The notes: generated from the letters alone by a model not told the origin. A DNA stretch of 64,000 bases from an uncultured Alphaproteobacteria bacterium (GCA_937906925.1 CALCTR010000041.1:27741-91740); one strand, 5' to 3'. Counted from the stretch's first letter, positions 29,986 through 40,020 are shown. Program-made: numbers and translations.

Positions 29986-31554
29986 TTAAATATTAATTGT
30001 TTTTGGTCTTTTAATATTATACCAAATCATAAAAATAACTTTATTGACAATAATGGCTGCATACATTGTTGTTGCCAGACCAAGTCCTAAAGTGATGCCA
30101 AATCCGCGAACAGAACCGGATCCCAACATAAAGAGGAAAAGGGCAGCAAATAATGTCGTCAACTGACCATCAAAAATTGCTGAAAAAGAACCGGCAAACC
30201 CTCGTTTAATAACCTCTTGAGGATTTTTAATGCCATGATGTATCTCTTCTTTCATACGTTCCATAATCAAGATATTGGCATCTACAGCCATTGCAAGAGT
30301 CAACGCAATACCGGCAACACCCGGCAATGTCAATGTAGCATCCAATAAACTCAAAAGAGCCAATAAAAGAATACCATTTACCAACAATGTGATATCGGCA
30401 ATGATGCCAAAAGAACCGTACACAATTAACATAAATACAAAGATAAAAGCCAATCCGATTAAACAAGCACCGGTACCAGCTTTGATAGAATCTTCACCAA
30501 GACCCGGACCAACTACACGCTCCTCTACAACAGTTAAAGGAGCCGGCAATGCCCCTGCTCTAAGCATCAAAGCTAAATCGTTAGCAGACTGCATGGAAAA
30601 ATTACCAGTAATGATGCCTTGACCACCCGTAATTGGAACATTAATTGTCGGAGCACTTAAAACTTTACCATCTAAAACAATAGCCAATCTGCGACCAACA
30701 TTTTCACGAGTAACATTGGCAAACTCTTTTGCACCAGCTGCTTTAAAACTAAAAGAAACAGCCGGAGAGCCATATTCATCATAACTGCCTTTAGCATCGT
30801 CTAATTGTGCACCACTAACAACAACACGCCGTTTCAAAACGATATATCCTGTTTCATCACCACTCACGAGCATGGAATCCGGTGAAAGTTTACCCATTTG
30901 GGCCGCTTGCGGAGACGTTTCTTCATCAACTAAATGAAAAGTCATTTTAGCCGTTTTACCCAAAAGTGCTTTAATTTCAGAAGGATCTTGAACCCCTGGT
31001 AATTGAATAACAATTCTACCTTCTCCTTGTTGTTGAATTTGTGGCTCTTTTGTGCCCAACTCATCAATTCTTTTGCGAACAATTTCTACAGATTGCTCAA
31101 CGGCTTTTCTTTTCATTTCCTGCAATGCTTTTTCAGTATAAGATACAGTTAAAGTTGTATCTTGTGTTTCAACCGTTAATAATGAGGGTTCTATTTTACG
31201 AATAATTTCGCGAGCCTGAGCTGTATTTGAGGCATTTAAAATACGAACACTCATTTGTCCATTTTGCACATGAAGTCCCGAAAAAAGAATTTTATTTCGT
31301 CTTAATTCTGAACGGGTTAAATCAGATAATGTTGTTAGTCTTTCTTTTAACAAATCATCAGTATCAACTTCCATTAACAAATAGGACCCACCTTGTAGAT
31401 CAAGACCTAATGTAATGGGTTTAAACCAAGTTTTAACACTTTTTGGTAAAGCATTTAGGGTGCTATTTGGTAAAAAATTCGGAACAGCAAACAAAACACC
31501 CAAAAAAACCGTTGCACAAACAATGGCTATTTTTAATTTAGAATATCCAAACAT
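29986..31554 (-). CDS. secD: Protein translocase subunit SecD
   Basis: 522 aa with a large periplasmic loop and a C-terminal six-TM SecD/F domain. Gene order is yajC-secD-secF. Confidence 0.92.
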   Translation of the reverse strand: MFGYSKLKIAIVCATVFLGVLFAVPNFLPNSTLNALPKSVKTWFKPITLGLDLQGGSYLLMEVDTDDLLKERLTTLSDLTRSELRRNKILFSGLHVQNGQMSVRILNASNTAQAREIIRKIEPSLLTVETQDTTLTVSYTEKALQEMKRKAVEQSVEIVRKRIDELGTKEPQIQQQGEGRIVIQLPGVQDPSEIKALLGKTAKMTFHLVDEETSPQAAQMGKLSPDSMLVSGDETGYIVLKRRVVVSGAQLDDAKGSYDEYGSPAVSFSFKAAGAKEFANVTRENVGRRLAIVLDGKVLSAPTINVPITGGQGIITGNFSMQSANDLALMLRAGALPAPLTVVEERVVGPGLGEDSIKAGTGACLIGLAFIFVFMLIVYGSFGIIADITLLVNGILLLALLSLLDATLTLPGVAGIALTLAMAVDANILIMERMKEEIHHGIKNPQEVIKRGFAGSFSAIFDGQLTTLFAALFLFMLGSGSVRGFGITLGLGLATTMYAAIIVNKVIFMIWYNIKRPKTINI

Positions 31555-31556
31555 TT

Positions 31557-31886
31557 CTAATCCTTTTTATTATTCTCATCTAAAACTTGAGAAACATAAG
31601 CTTTAAAAACAGTTACTTCAACACCTTTTGAAACTTCAATTTTTAACTTATCATTTTCCACCGCTTGAACAACCCCCAAAAGACCACCGACAATAACCTT
31701 TGAACCTTTTTGAATACTGTTTAATGATCTTTCATGTTCTTTAAACTTCTTTTGTTGTGGGCGAAGAAGTAAAAAATAAAATACAAAGAAAATCAATCCC
31801 AACTGCACAAGAATACTAAGCCATTCCGGAGAATGTGCCTGTGTTGCGGTTGCAGCTGTTTGGGCAAATGCGTCTGAAATAAACAT
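31557..31886 (-). CDS. yajC: Preprotein translocase subunit YajC
   Basis: Single TM followed by 'LLLRPQQKKFKEH...KGSKVIVGGLLGVV'. Confidence 0.88.
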   Translation of the reverse strand: MFISDAFAQTAATATQAHSPEWLSILVQLGLIFFVFYFLLLRPQQKKFKEHERSLNSIQKGSKVIVGGLLGVVQAVENDKLKIEVSKGVEVTVFKAYVSQVLDENNKKD

Positions 31887-31970
31887 ATTTTTCTCCTTTA
31901 TAATAAAAAATATATGCTTTACTATATAGATTTCTTTGAAAAAATCAATCTTTTTTTAAATTTTTTTTAT

Positions 31971-31999
31971 TTGACAAACAAAAAACTCTTCTCTAGAGT
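31971..31999 (+). promoter_or_regulatory. Putative sigma70 promoter of dut
   Basis: TTGACA (31971-76), 17-nt spacer, TAGAGT (31994-99). Confidence 0.45.
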
Positions 32000-32035
32000 A
32001 ACAAGCGTTGTTATAAAGTTAAATAAGGATAAAAA

Positions 32036-32506
32036 ATGTTTAAAATAAGAATAGAATATTTACCCTCATACAAAAAAGAATGGGATAGATTAAATTATAA
32101 ACATCAAGGTGATGCCGGCTTTGATTTAAGAGCAGCCATTGATGAACCAATTACTTTACAACCCAATGAATTTAAATTAATTTCAACCGGAATAAAAATG
32201 GAAATGATACCGGATGGAAACAACTTATTTAATTATGAATTACAGATTCGACCCCGCTCCGGGTTAGCCGCAAAGTCAGGCATTGGTATTATCAATTCAC
32301 CGGGAACGGTTGATTTCTTTTATCGCGGAGAAATTAAAACACCACTCATCAATTTAAGTAAAGAACCTTTTACAATTAGTCCCGGTGAACGCATCGCCCA
32401 AGCGGTTATTTGTCCTGTCATACAAGCCATAATTGAAGAAACAGATAAAATTGAAGAAAATACCGACCGTGGCAGTGGCGGATTTGGCTCCACCGGTACA
32501 AAATAA
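32036..32506 (+). CDS. dut: dUTP diphosphatase
   Basis: 'GDAGFDLRA', 'PRSGLA', 'GTVDFFYRGEI' and 'RGSGGFGSTG'. Confidence 0.92.
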   Translation: MFKIRIEYLPSYKKEWDRLNYKHQGDAGFDLRAAIDEPITLQPNEFKLISTGIKMEMIPDGNNLFNYELQIRPRSGLAAKSGIGIINSPGTVDFFYRGEIKTPLINLSKEPFTISPGERIAQAVICPVIQAIIEETDKIEENTDRGSGGFGSTGTK

Positions 32507-32515
32507 ATCCAGATG

Positions 32516-32542
32516 AAAAAACCGCCTCTCGGCGGTTTTTTT
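32516..32542. terminator. Bidirectional terminator between dut and the SulP gene
   Basis: Sequence aaaaaaccgcc-tctc-ggcggttttttt. Confidence 0.7.
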
Positions 32543-34247
32543 ATGACTTCATTTGCTTGACATGCCGTCTGGCCATTTTTAAAGCATTTGAAAAATCGCT
32601 TGCAACTGATAAAGTTTTCCAATTAACGCGTTCTTGTAATAGAACATGATGCAAAATACGTCGCGGTTGTTTTTTAATATTACAAATAATAACTTTTGTA
32701 TTTTGTTTTTTTAACTTTTTAATAAACTCAACAATCAAATTTGCTCCACTGGCATCAATGAGCGGCACCTGCCCCATTCTTAATATTAAGACACGGGGCG
32801 GTGTTTTAAATTGTTTCAAAAACATAGACACCTCATCAACCCCACCAAAAAATAACGGACCGGATACCCGTAACGCTACCACTCCTTTTTCAGCCAATGT
32901 TTCATTGATATTCTCACCACCAAATTTTTCTTTTGATAATTTATCCTCATTTTCAATAGCTATTTGATGACTCATGCGATGCATAAAGATAACACTGGCC
33001 ATTACAAATCCAACAGAAATAGCTGTATTTAAGTCTACAAAAACAGTCAGCAACAACGTTACAATCAATGTGTTTCTATCCCCTTTGGGAGCCGTTAAAA
33101 GCTTTCTGATTTTATCCAAACTTAACATATTCCACCCAATTAAGATCATAACAACAGACAAACAAGCAAGAGGAATGTAGCCTGCAACACCGGCTAAGAC
33201 CAACATAAACAACAAAATAAACACGGCATGAAGCATACCGGCAACAGGTGAATAGGCATTAGCCTTATAATTTGTTGCCGTTCTTGCAATAGCTCCCGTA
33301 GCCGGTAATCCTGAAAAAAAGGCCGTTACAATATTAGCTGTACCTTGTGCAATAAGTTCTACATTAGGATTGTGGTTATCACCACTCATACTATCCACAA
33401 CTTTGGCACTTAATAAGGATTCTATACCGGCCAAAAAAGCAATTGTAAAGGCACTAGGCAACACCCCTATAATCAAAGCCATATTAAATACAGGAAATTC
33501 TGGCATCGGTAAAAAATGAGGAACAGAACCAAATCTAGATCCGATTGTATCTACCTGTAATGAAAAAGTAACAACAACGACAGTAGAAAAAATAACACTC
33601 AATAAATAAAACGGACTTCGCGGATATTTTTTTTTCAACAAAACGATTGTCAAAAAAGCAATCACACTGACTAAAAGTGTGCTTAAACTAAGAGTATTTA
33701 ATCCGGAAAAATAACTAACCCATTTATCTAAAAAAGCAGCCGGAACTTCTTTAATATCAAGACCGAGTAAATCTTTAATTTGGGTGGAAATTAAAATTAA
33801 ACCGATACCGGCCGTAAAACCTGTTACAACCGGGTATGGAATGTATTTTATATAAGTACCCAATCTTAAAAAACCGGCTACAATTAAAATAATACCGGCT
33901 AAAACCATTGTAACCAAAAGCCCCGCATACCCATGCTGAGCCAATACCCCTAAAATAATGATGATAAAAGCACCTGTCGGCCCTCCAATTTGGTAACGGG
34001 AACCGCCTAAAAAAGAAACAAAAAAACCGGCCACAACAGCTGTATATAAACCTTTTTCAGGAGCAACACCGGAGGCAATGGCAAATGCCATAGCTAACGG
34101 TATAGAAACAACAGCAACCGTTAATGCCGCAATACAATCACGTTTAAAATCATTAATCGTATATCTTTTTTTTAAAACCTCAAAAAGTTTGGGGACAAAA
34201 TGCTTTTTAATTGATTTTTTTATCTTTTTAATACTTTTTTCAAACAT
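32541..34247 (-). CDS. SulP-family anion transporter with a C-terminal STAS domain
   Basis: 568-aa polytopic N-terminal part plus a STAS-like C-terminus ('VVALRVSGPLFFGG...LILRMGQVPLIDASG'). Confidence 0.85.
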   Translation of the reverse strand: MFEKSIKKIKKSIKKHFVPKLFEVLKKRYTINDFKRDCIAALTVAVVSIPLAMAFAIASGVAPEKGLYTAVVAGFFVSFLGGSRYQIGGPTGAFIIIILGVLAQHGYAGLLVTMVLAGIILIVAGFLRLGTYIKYIPYPVVTGFTAGIGLILISTQIKDLLGLDIKEVPAAFLDKWVSYFSGLNTLSLSTLLVSVIAFLTIVLLKKKYPRSPFYLLSVIFSTVVVVTFSLQVDTIGSRFGSVPHFLPMPEFPVFNMALIIGVLPSAFTIAFLAGIESLLSAKVVDSMSGDNHNPNVELIAQGTANIVTAFFSGLPATGAIARTATNYKANAYSPVAGMLHAVFILLFMLVLAGVAGYIPLACLSVVMILIGWNMLSLDKIRKLLTAPKGDRNTLIVTLLLTVFVDLNTAISVGFVMASVIFMHRMSHQIAIENEDKLSKEKFGGENINETLAEKGVVALRVSGPLFFGGVDEVSMFLKQFKTPPRVLILRMGQVPLIDASGANLIVEFIKKLKKQNTKVIICNIKKQPRRILHHVLLQERVNWKTLSVASDFSNALKMARRHVKQMKS

Positions 34248-34457
34248 TATTTACTCCTGAAATACCTAAAAAAAATATAAAAAACACCAAGCGTATAAAC
34301 GCTTTTTTGCTTTTAATAACGTGTTTTTTGAATAAAAGATGAATACACCTAAAAAATAAATATGTCAATAATTAAAAAACAAAAAATCAAAAAAAGCGAA
34401 TCGCAAATTTTATATATCATTTTGTTTTTATTAGAAATAAAAATTTAAAAAAAACTA

Positions 34458-34486
34458 TTGACTTTTGCTTTTGATTCATTTATAAG
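34458..34486 (+). promoter_or_regulatory. Putative sigma70 promoter of the perR-like/rubrerythrin operon
   Basis: TTGACT (34458-63), 17-nt spacer, TATAAG (34481-86). Confidence 0.5.
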
Positions 34487-34487
34487 G

Positions 34488-34512
34488 CTTATTAAGAATA
34501 ATTACTAATAAG
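34488..34512. promoter_or_regulatory. Palindromic AT-rich operator, candidate Fur/PerR box
   Basis: Perfect inverted repeat CTTATTA-N11-TAATAAG. It starts 2 nt after the -10 hexamer and so covers the predicted transcription start. Confidence 0.45.
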
Positions 34513-34518
34513 ATTAAA

Positions 34519-34899
34519 ATGCAACGGAACACAAAACAAAAAAAACTCGTTTTTAATGCACTGACTACTCTTTGCCATCCCACGGCACAGGATATCTATG
34601 ATTTTATATCTAAAGAATATCCGCAAATCAGTCTTGGAACAGTTTACCGCATTTTATCCTCTTTTTGTAATCAGAAAAAAATTTTGCATATAAAAATACC
34701 TAATAAAGCAGATTGTTATGATTATCAGACTCATAATCATTATCATTTTTGTTGCAAAAAATGTTTAAAGGTATATGATATGGATATACCCTATTTGGCT
34801 CATCTCAATACGAACCTTAATGGTTATATGATTGAAGAGCACAATATTTTATTTAGCGGCATTTGTGCCGATTGTCAAAACAACAAGGAAGGAAAATAA
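34519..34899 (+). CDS. Fur-family metalloregulator, PerR-like by context
   Basis: Winged-helix N-terminus ('LGTVYRIL'), '[11 protein letters not shown]' and C-terminal 'CADC'. Lies directly upstream of rubrerythrin. Confidence 0.75.
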   Translation: MQRNTKQKKLVFNALTTLCHPTAQDIYDFISKEYPQISLGTVYRILSSFCNQKKILHIKIPNKADCYDYQTHNHYHFCCKKCLKVYDMDIPYLAHLNTNLNGYMIEEHNILFSGICADCQNNKEGK

Positions 34900-34900
34900 C

Positions 34901-35446
34901 ATGACAGAAAATTTAAAAGGAACAAAGACCGAAGCTAATTTATGGGCAGCTTTTGCAGGCGAATCACAAGCTCGTAATAAATACACGTATTACGCTTCAA
35001 AAGCTAAAAAAGAAGGTTACGTTCAAATCGCAAAAATCTTTGAAGAAACAGCAGATAACGAAAAAGAACATGCTAAAATTTGGTTCAAATTACTCCATGA
35101 TGGCGATATTCCGTCAACAGGTGCAAATTTAGAAGATGCTGCCGCCGGAGAAAACTATGAATGGACTGATATGTATGCAGGATTTGCAAAAACAGCTAGA
35201 GAAGAAGGTTTTACAAAAATCGCCGCCTTGTTTGATATGGTTGGAAAAATTGAAAAAGAACATGAAGAAAGATATCGCAAACTCTTATCAAATGTTGAAA
35301 ACGGTCTTGTTTTTTCAAGAGATGGCGATGCAATTTGGCAATGTTCAAATTGCGGACATATTGTCATTGGTAAAAAAGCACCGGAGATGTGTCCTGTTTG
35401 TTCTCATCCAAAAGCTTACTTTCATATTAAAGCTGAAAATTATTAA
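34901..35446 (+). CDS. rbr: Rubrerythrin
   Basis: Start at '[14 protein letters not shown]'. Di-iron helices ('ESQARNKY', 'EKEHAKIW', 'EKEHEERY') plus a C-terminal rubredoxin motif 'CSNCG...CPVC'. Confidence 0.9.
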   Translation: MTENLKGTKTEANLWAAFAGESQARNKYTYYASKAKKEGYVQIAKIFEETADNEKEHAKIWFKLLHDGDIPSTGANLEDAAAGENYEWTDMYAGFAKTAREEGFTKIAALFDMVGKIEKEHEERYRKLLSNVENGLVFSRDGDAIWQCSNCGHIVIGKKAPEMCPVCSHPKAYFHIKAENY

Positions 35447-35461
35447 TTAAACTAAAACTTT

Positions 35462-35498
35462 AAACACCTGATTTTTCTTATTGAATTATCAGGTGTTT
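35462..35498. terminator. Bidirectional terminator hairpin after rbr
   Basis: Stem aaacacctgat/atcaggtgttt with a 15-nt loop. Confidence 0.55.
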
Positions 35499-35787
35499 AT
35501 CTTATTTTAACAGCTCCTCGCACGTCATTATTATCTCGCCGAATATTTCCTTGTATCGTATTATTAAATTCTTCTAAAAATATACTTTCTCCTTTTTTAG
35601 CCGTTTCAATATTATTATATTTCATTTTATCAGCAATACTGTGAACTATATTTAAATCACCCGTTATTGCCAATCCGGAAGATTTTAAATCATTTTTCAG
35701 AAAATCTTTTTCTCTTTTATCTTCATAATAAAGCATTAAGGCATATAAAATAACCAACATACCTGTTAAATAAAAAAATATTTTCAT
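35497..35787 (-). CDS. Small single-pass membrane protein, hypothetical
   Basis: Start taken at 'MKIFFYLTGMLVILYAL' with RBS ggag upstream. No recognisable domain. Confidence 0.4.
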   Translation of the reverse strand: MKIFFYLTGMLVILYALMLYYEDKREKDFLKNDLKSSGLAITGDLNIVHSIADKMKYNNIETAKKGESIFLEEFNNTIQGNIRRDNNDVRGAVKIR

Positions 35788-35896
35788 AAATTTTTCTCCG
35801 AAACATTTAATAATTAATACAATCAATCAGATAATCTGAAACAATAAAATATCAACCAACTAATATACTTAAAGCTAAAACTATTTTTCTTTTTAC

Positions 35897-35926
35897 TTGA
35901 TTTTATAAATATTTTTTACCTATAAT
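35897..35926 (+). promoter_or_regulatory. Putative sigma70 promoter of the Mic60-like/HemY-like pair
   Basis: TTGATT (35897-902), 18-nt spacer, TATAAT (35921-26). Confidence 0.45.
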
Positions 35927-35966
35927 ATTCTAAAATATTCATAAGCATAAAAATAGGAGAAAAAAA

Positions 35967-36917
35967 ATGACCTCTCAAAAAAAAGATTATGATGAAACAG
36001 AAGAACTACAAGATACTCTTTCTGAAAATACAGAACCAAAACCCAGAAACAAAGGTATCTCAAAGTTTATAAAACCAACACTCATTACGGTACTATCCAT
36101 TTTATGTTTAAGTGGTGGTATTGTTTTGCATAAAATGCATTCATTTAAAACCGAGCATAAAGAAATACCCGTTAAAACAAAACTGATAAAAAAAACAAAT
36201 TCTCTTTCTTTGTTAACTCAAAATCCGCCCACCAAAACACCGAATACGTTATCTTTAAATCCGGTACCGGAGACAATATCTAAAATCTCTACATCTGATA
36301 CAACAATAAATACTTTTACACCTCAAAAACCGGATAATGTTTCCCTATCAGAAGAACCCATAAAATCTTTGACGCAACCCAACACGACTTTATCGGTAGC
36401 AAAAATGGAAGGATTTACTCTCAATGATGCACTTAGATTTAAAGAAAAATTTTTAACAGAAGATAACTGTTATGAAGAATATCAACAATTATCTAATGCA
36501 ATACACAAAACATCTACAGCCAATGTAGTTTTAGAAAATCTATACCCCTATTGCATTAGTAATACAGGAGCCGTTAAAAATGTAAAAGAAGCTTTTTTGA
36601 AAAACAAAAAAGCAGCTCTCATTGTTTATTATAGAGAAAACAATCCGTTGTGGCTAGCTTACTTAAAGGCCATACCAGCAATGTTAATTGAAATTAGGAA
36701 AATAAATCCGCTAAAAGATACACCCAAAGATATTTTATACAGAGCTCAAAACGAACTTTACAGTCAAAATGTTTCTAAAGCTATGGATTTAATCAATTCC
36801 CTACCCTTATCTATGCAACGAAAAATGAGTGATTTTTTCAGAGAAGCAGGTATTTATAATAGTGCTAAAGAAAGTCTAAATCAACTTATTTTATCATTTG
36901 AAAAAAAAGGAGAATAG
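35967..36917 (+). CDS. HemX-position membrane protein, candidate alphaproteobacterial Mic60 (mitofilin-domain) homologue
   Basis: One N-terminal TM, a P/T/S-rich linker, and a C-terminal segment 'DILYRAQNELYSQNVSKAMDLINSLPLSMQRKMSDFFREAGIYNSAKESLNQL' resembling the mitofilin C-terminal signature. Immediately upstream of the hemY-like gene. Confidence 0.5.
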   Translation: MTSQKKDYDETEELQDTLSENTEPKPRNKGISKFIKPTLITVLSILCLSGGIVLHKMHSFKTEHKEIPVKTKLIKKTNSLSLLTQNPPTKTPNTLSLNPVPETISKISTSDTTINTFTPQKPDNVSLSEEPIKSLTQPNTTLSVAKMEGFTLNDALRFKEKFLTEDNCYEEYQQLSNAIHKTSTANVVLENLYPYCISNTGAVKNVKEAFLKNKKAALIVYYRENNPLWLAYLKAIPAMLIEIRKINPLKDTPKDILYRAQNELYSQNVSKAMDLINSLPLSMQRKMSDFFREAGIYNSAKESLNQLILSFEKKGE

Positions 36918-36920
36918 CCC

Positions 36921-38105
36921 ATGTTAAAATTGATTCTTTTGATGATTGCGATGATTGTAACAGGCTTTTTGCTCGTCCATGAGAATTGGAATATAACGTT
37001 AATCGGATTTGGCTATGAGATTACACTTTCAACAGTTCTACTAATTGTAATCATTGCTATTTTCTTTTATCTTCTCAGCCTAATAAAAAAACCATTCACT
37101 TATCTATTTGGGTTTAAAAATAGGAGAATTGCCTCTCATTTAGTGAAAAAAGAGGCTTATCTAACTTTTGTTCTAGAAACAGTTTTAGACCAAAATAATC
37201 TCTCTGTTAATCGTATTTTAAAACAAAAAAAAGGCCTTTTTCAAAAAAAAGATATCAAACACTTACTCTTAAGTGCCCTGTTCAATCCGAACAAATCCGT
37301 TTTTGAAGAGCTATCAAAAACAAAAGAAACCGAATTAGCCGGACTCAGAGGTCTCTACTTAATAGCAAAAGAAACCGGAAATATTAAAGAAGCCGAACAC
37401 TTACTAGATAAGGCCAGACAAAACTATTCTTCTGTTTTTTGGGTTTTAAAAGAAAGTTTTGAAATAGCAACTCTCCAAAATGATTGGTCTGAAGCTTTAA
37501 CCCTTTTAGAAAAGCTTTTTCTTTTAAAACAAGTTTCAAAAGAAGAATATACAAATCAAAAAGCCGCACTTCTTTTTGCTCAAGGAAAAATTAAAGAAGC
37601 ATACGCCTTAGATAAAACAAATCCAGCTATTGCCATTAGTTATGCAAAAGAAAATAAAGAAAGAGCAAAATCTATTTTAATAACATCTTGGAATAAAGAG
37701 CCGTCTTGGGATGTTTATGAAGCTTATTTTAGCCTCATTAAAACATTACCAATAGAAAAGCAACTTAAAGAAATTCAAAAACTCATTTCTAAAAATAAAG
37801 AATTTAGAATTTCACTTATTGCCCTAGCGGATACTGCTATTAAACTTGAAAAATGGCGTCTAGCAAAAGAAACACTAACAGCTTATCTTCAATCTTATCC
37901 CTTAACAAAAAAAGTGGCTTATATGATGGCTGATGTTTCTAGAAAAGGTTGGCATCACGAGCAAGAAGCCAAAGAATGGGAGCAAAAAGCTCTTGAAACA
38001 GAGGATAAATACGGTTGGATGTGTTTATCTTGTAATCAGAAAATACATGAATGGTCGCCTATTTGTCCACACTGTAATCATATTGGAAATATAACATATC
38101 GTTAG
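36921..38105 (+). CDS. HemY-like protein (HemY_N membrane anchor, TPR-like repeats, C-terminal zinc ribbon)
   Basis: Two N-terminal TM helices, a helical repeat body, and 'CLSCNQKIHEWSPICPHCNH' at the C-terminus. Confidence 0.7.
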   Translation: MLKLILLMIAMIVTGFLLVHENWNITLIGFGYEITLSTVLLIVIIAIFFYLLSLIKKPFTYLFGFKNRRIASHLVKKEAYLTFVLETVLDQNNLSVNRILKQKKGLFQKKDIKHLLLSALFNPNKSVFEELSKTKETELAGLRGLYLIAKETGNIKEAEHLLDKARQNYSSVFWVLKESFEIATLQNDWSEALTLLEKLFLLKQVSKEEYTNQKAALLFAQGKIKEAYALDKTNPAIAISYAKENKERAKSILITSWNKEPSWDVYEAYFSLIKTLPIEKQLKEIQKLISKNKEFRISLIALADTAIKLEKWRLAKETLTAYLQSYPLTKKVAYMMADVSRKGWHHEQEAKEWEQKALETEDKYGWMCLSCNQKIHEWSPICPHCNHIGNITYR

Positions 38106-38120
38106 ACGTATCTTCTAACA

Positions 38121-38150
38121 AAAAATCACCGATGAAAATCGGTGATTTTT
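38121..38150. terminator. Bidirectional terminator between the hemY-like gene and accC
   Basis: Sequence aaaaatcaccgat-gaaa-atcggtgattttt. Confidence 0.75.
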
Positions 38151-38215
38151 TGTTAATCCATTAATTAAATTATAAAAAATAATCAATTGAATTATTTCAT
38201 TTAAGACAAAATAAT

Positions 38216-39565
38216 TTATTCACCATTTTGAGATGCAATAAATTTTTCTAACCAGTGAATGTTGTACTCTCCGTCAATAAAATCCGGATGAGAAATAATT
38301 TCTTGATGCAGTGGAATAGTCGTTGAAATACCATCAATAACAAACTCTTCCAAAGCTCTTCTCAAACGCATCAAAGTACCGTTACGTGTTCTGCCATGCA
38401 CAATTAATTTTGCGACCATACTATCATAACAAGGAGGAACTTTATATCCTGTATACATACCGGAATCTACCCGAACAGATAATCCACCTGGTGTGTGCCA
38501 AAGACCTATTGTCCCCGGTGAAGGAATAAACGTCTTAGGATCTTCTGCATTAATACGACATTCAATGGCATGACCTGAAAACTGAATATCTTCTTGTGTA
38601 TATCCCAAAGTGGCACCACTTGAAACACGCAGTTGATCTCTTACAATATCCACTCCGGTTACCATCTCACTAATGGGGTGTTCCACCTGAACTCTGGTAT
38701 TCATTTCTAAGAAATAAAATGCACCGTTTTCATAGAGGAACTCAATTGTACCAACATTTGAATAACCTAATTTCTTCATCGCATTTACAGCAATTTCACC
38801 AATCGTTTTTCTCTCTGAAGCATTTAAAGCAGGAGATGGTGTTTCTTCCAAAACTTTTTGATGATTACGTTGTAAGGAACAGTCCCGCTCCCCTAAATGT
38901 ACAACATTACCATAATTATCACCAATAATTTGTATTTCAATATGTCTGGGTGTTTGCAAATATTTTTCTATATAAACCACATCATTTGCAAAAGAACTTC
39001 TAGCTTCATTCTTAGCCAAAGTAAAAGCTTCTACCATTTCTGCCGCATTTTTGGCAACTTTCATACCTTTTCCACCACCACCGGCAGCCGCTTTTACAAT
39101 AACGGGATAACCAATTTTCTCACCCCACTCTAATGCTTCCTGTGCTGTTTTTACATCCCCTTCCGACCCAGGAACAACCGGCAACCCAGATTCAATAGCT
39201 GCTTTTTTAGCAGTTACTTTATCACCCATTAACCGTATCATTTTAGGGCTCGGACCAATAAATGTCATCCCATGAGCTTCTACCATCTCAGCAAAATCTG
39301 CATTCTCCGATAAAAACCCATAACCCGGGTGAATAGCATCAGCACCGGTCATCATTGCCGCTGAAATAATCGCTGCCTTGTTTAAATAGGAATCTTTTGC
39401 TGAAGCAGGTCCAATACAAACAGCTTCATCTGCTAATTTAACATGCATAGCATGAGCATCTGCCGTTGAATGCACAGCAACAGTTTTAATACCCATTTCC
39501 CTGCAGGCTCTGTGTATACGAAGAGCAATTTCTCCACGATTTGCAATTAAAACTTTTTCAAACAT
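38216..39565 (-). CDS. accC: Acetyl-CoA carboxylase, biotin carboxylase subunit
   Basis: 449-aa ATP-grasp protein with 'KVLIANRGEIA', 'GGGGKGM' and 'EMNTRVQVEHP'. Confidence 0.94.
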   Translation of the reverse strand: MFEKVLIANRGEIALRIHRACREMGIKTVAVHSTADAHAMHVKLADEAVCIGPASAKDSYLNKAAIISAAMMTGADAIHPGYGFLSENADFAEMVEAHGMTFIGPSPKMIRLMGDKVTAKKAAIESGLPVVPGSEGDVKTAQEALEWGEKIGYPVIVKAAAGGGGKGMKVAKNAAEMVEAFTLAKNEARSSFANDVVYIEKYLQTPRHIEIQIIGDNYGNVVHLGERDCSLQRNHQKVLEETPSPALNASERKTIGEIAVNAMKKLGYSNVGTIEFLYENGAFYFLEMNTRVQVEHPISEMVTGVDIVRDQLRVSSGATLGYTQEDIQFSGHAIECRINAEDPKTFIPSPGTIGLWHTPGGLSVRVDSGMYTGYKVPPCYDSMVAKLIVHGRTRNGTLMRLRRALEEFVIDGISTTIPLHQEIISHPDFIDGEYNIHWLEKFIASQNGE

Positions 39566-39567
39566 AC

Positions 39568-40020
39568 TTATTCCATACTAAACAGAGGTTGATTGTATTC
39601 TACGGGCGAACCATTTTCAACTAAAACAGCTTTAATAACACCTGCTTTTGTTGCCTTGATTGGATTAAATGTTTTCATAGCTTCTACCAAACAAATTGTC
39701 TGACCGACAGAAACTTTATCACCCGGTTTAACAAAGGCCGGAGATTGTGGGTCTTTTGATAAATAAACAATACCAACCATTGGGGAGAGAATATCGTTTG
39801 AAGCAACTGCAACCGGCTTATTTTCATGAACGGCGGGAACAGATACCGATGGGACAGCCGGCACTTGTGCAGGAGTTACAACAGCAACTTCACTTGAAGA
39901 AACTTTTGGCCCGACAATACGAATATGTACACCGCTCGCTTCATAATCAATTTCAGATAAATTATTCTCGTGTAATAACTTAGCCAATTCTTTAATTGCT
40001 TCTTTTTGTTCTTTTTCCAT
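39568..40020 (-). CDS. accB: Acetyl-CoA carboxylase, biotin carboxyl carrier protein
   Basis: 'EAMKTFN' biotinylation motif and a Pro/Ala/Val linker. Lies upstream of accC. Confidence 0.92.
   Translation of the reverse strand: MEKEQKEAIKELAKLLHENNLSEIDYEASGVHIRIVGPKVSSSEVAVVTPAQVPAVPSVSVPAVHENKPVAVASNDILSPMVGIVYLSKDPQSPAFVKPGDKVSVGQTICLVEAMKTFNPIKATKAGVIKAVLVENGSPVEYNQPLFSME

Noticed and set aside
34290-34309. Short hairpin (agcgt-ataa-acgct) plus T6 in the divergent sulP/perR intergenic region, a possible attenuator
   Set aside because: The stem is only 5-6 bp. On the sulP-sense strand the U-run is separated from the stem by GGUG. There is no upstream plus-strand transcript to terminate. 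Evidence is insufficient.
34832-34900. Rubrerythrin ORF extension overlapping the 3' end of the Fur-family gene
   Set aside because: The conserved rubrerythrin N-terminus starts at 'MTENLKG' (34901), 1 nt after the regulator stop. The extension is just the regulator's coding sequence read in another frame.
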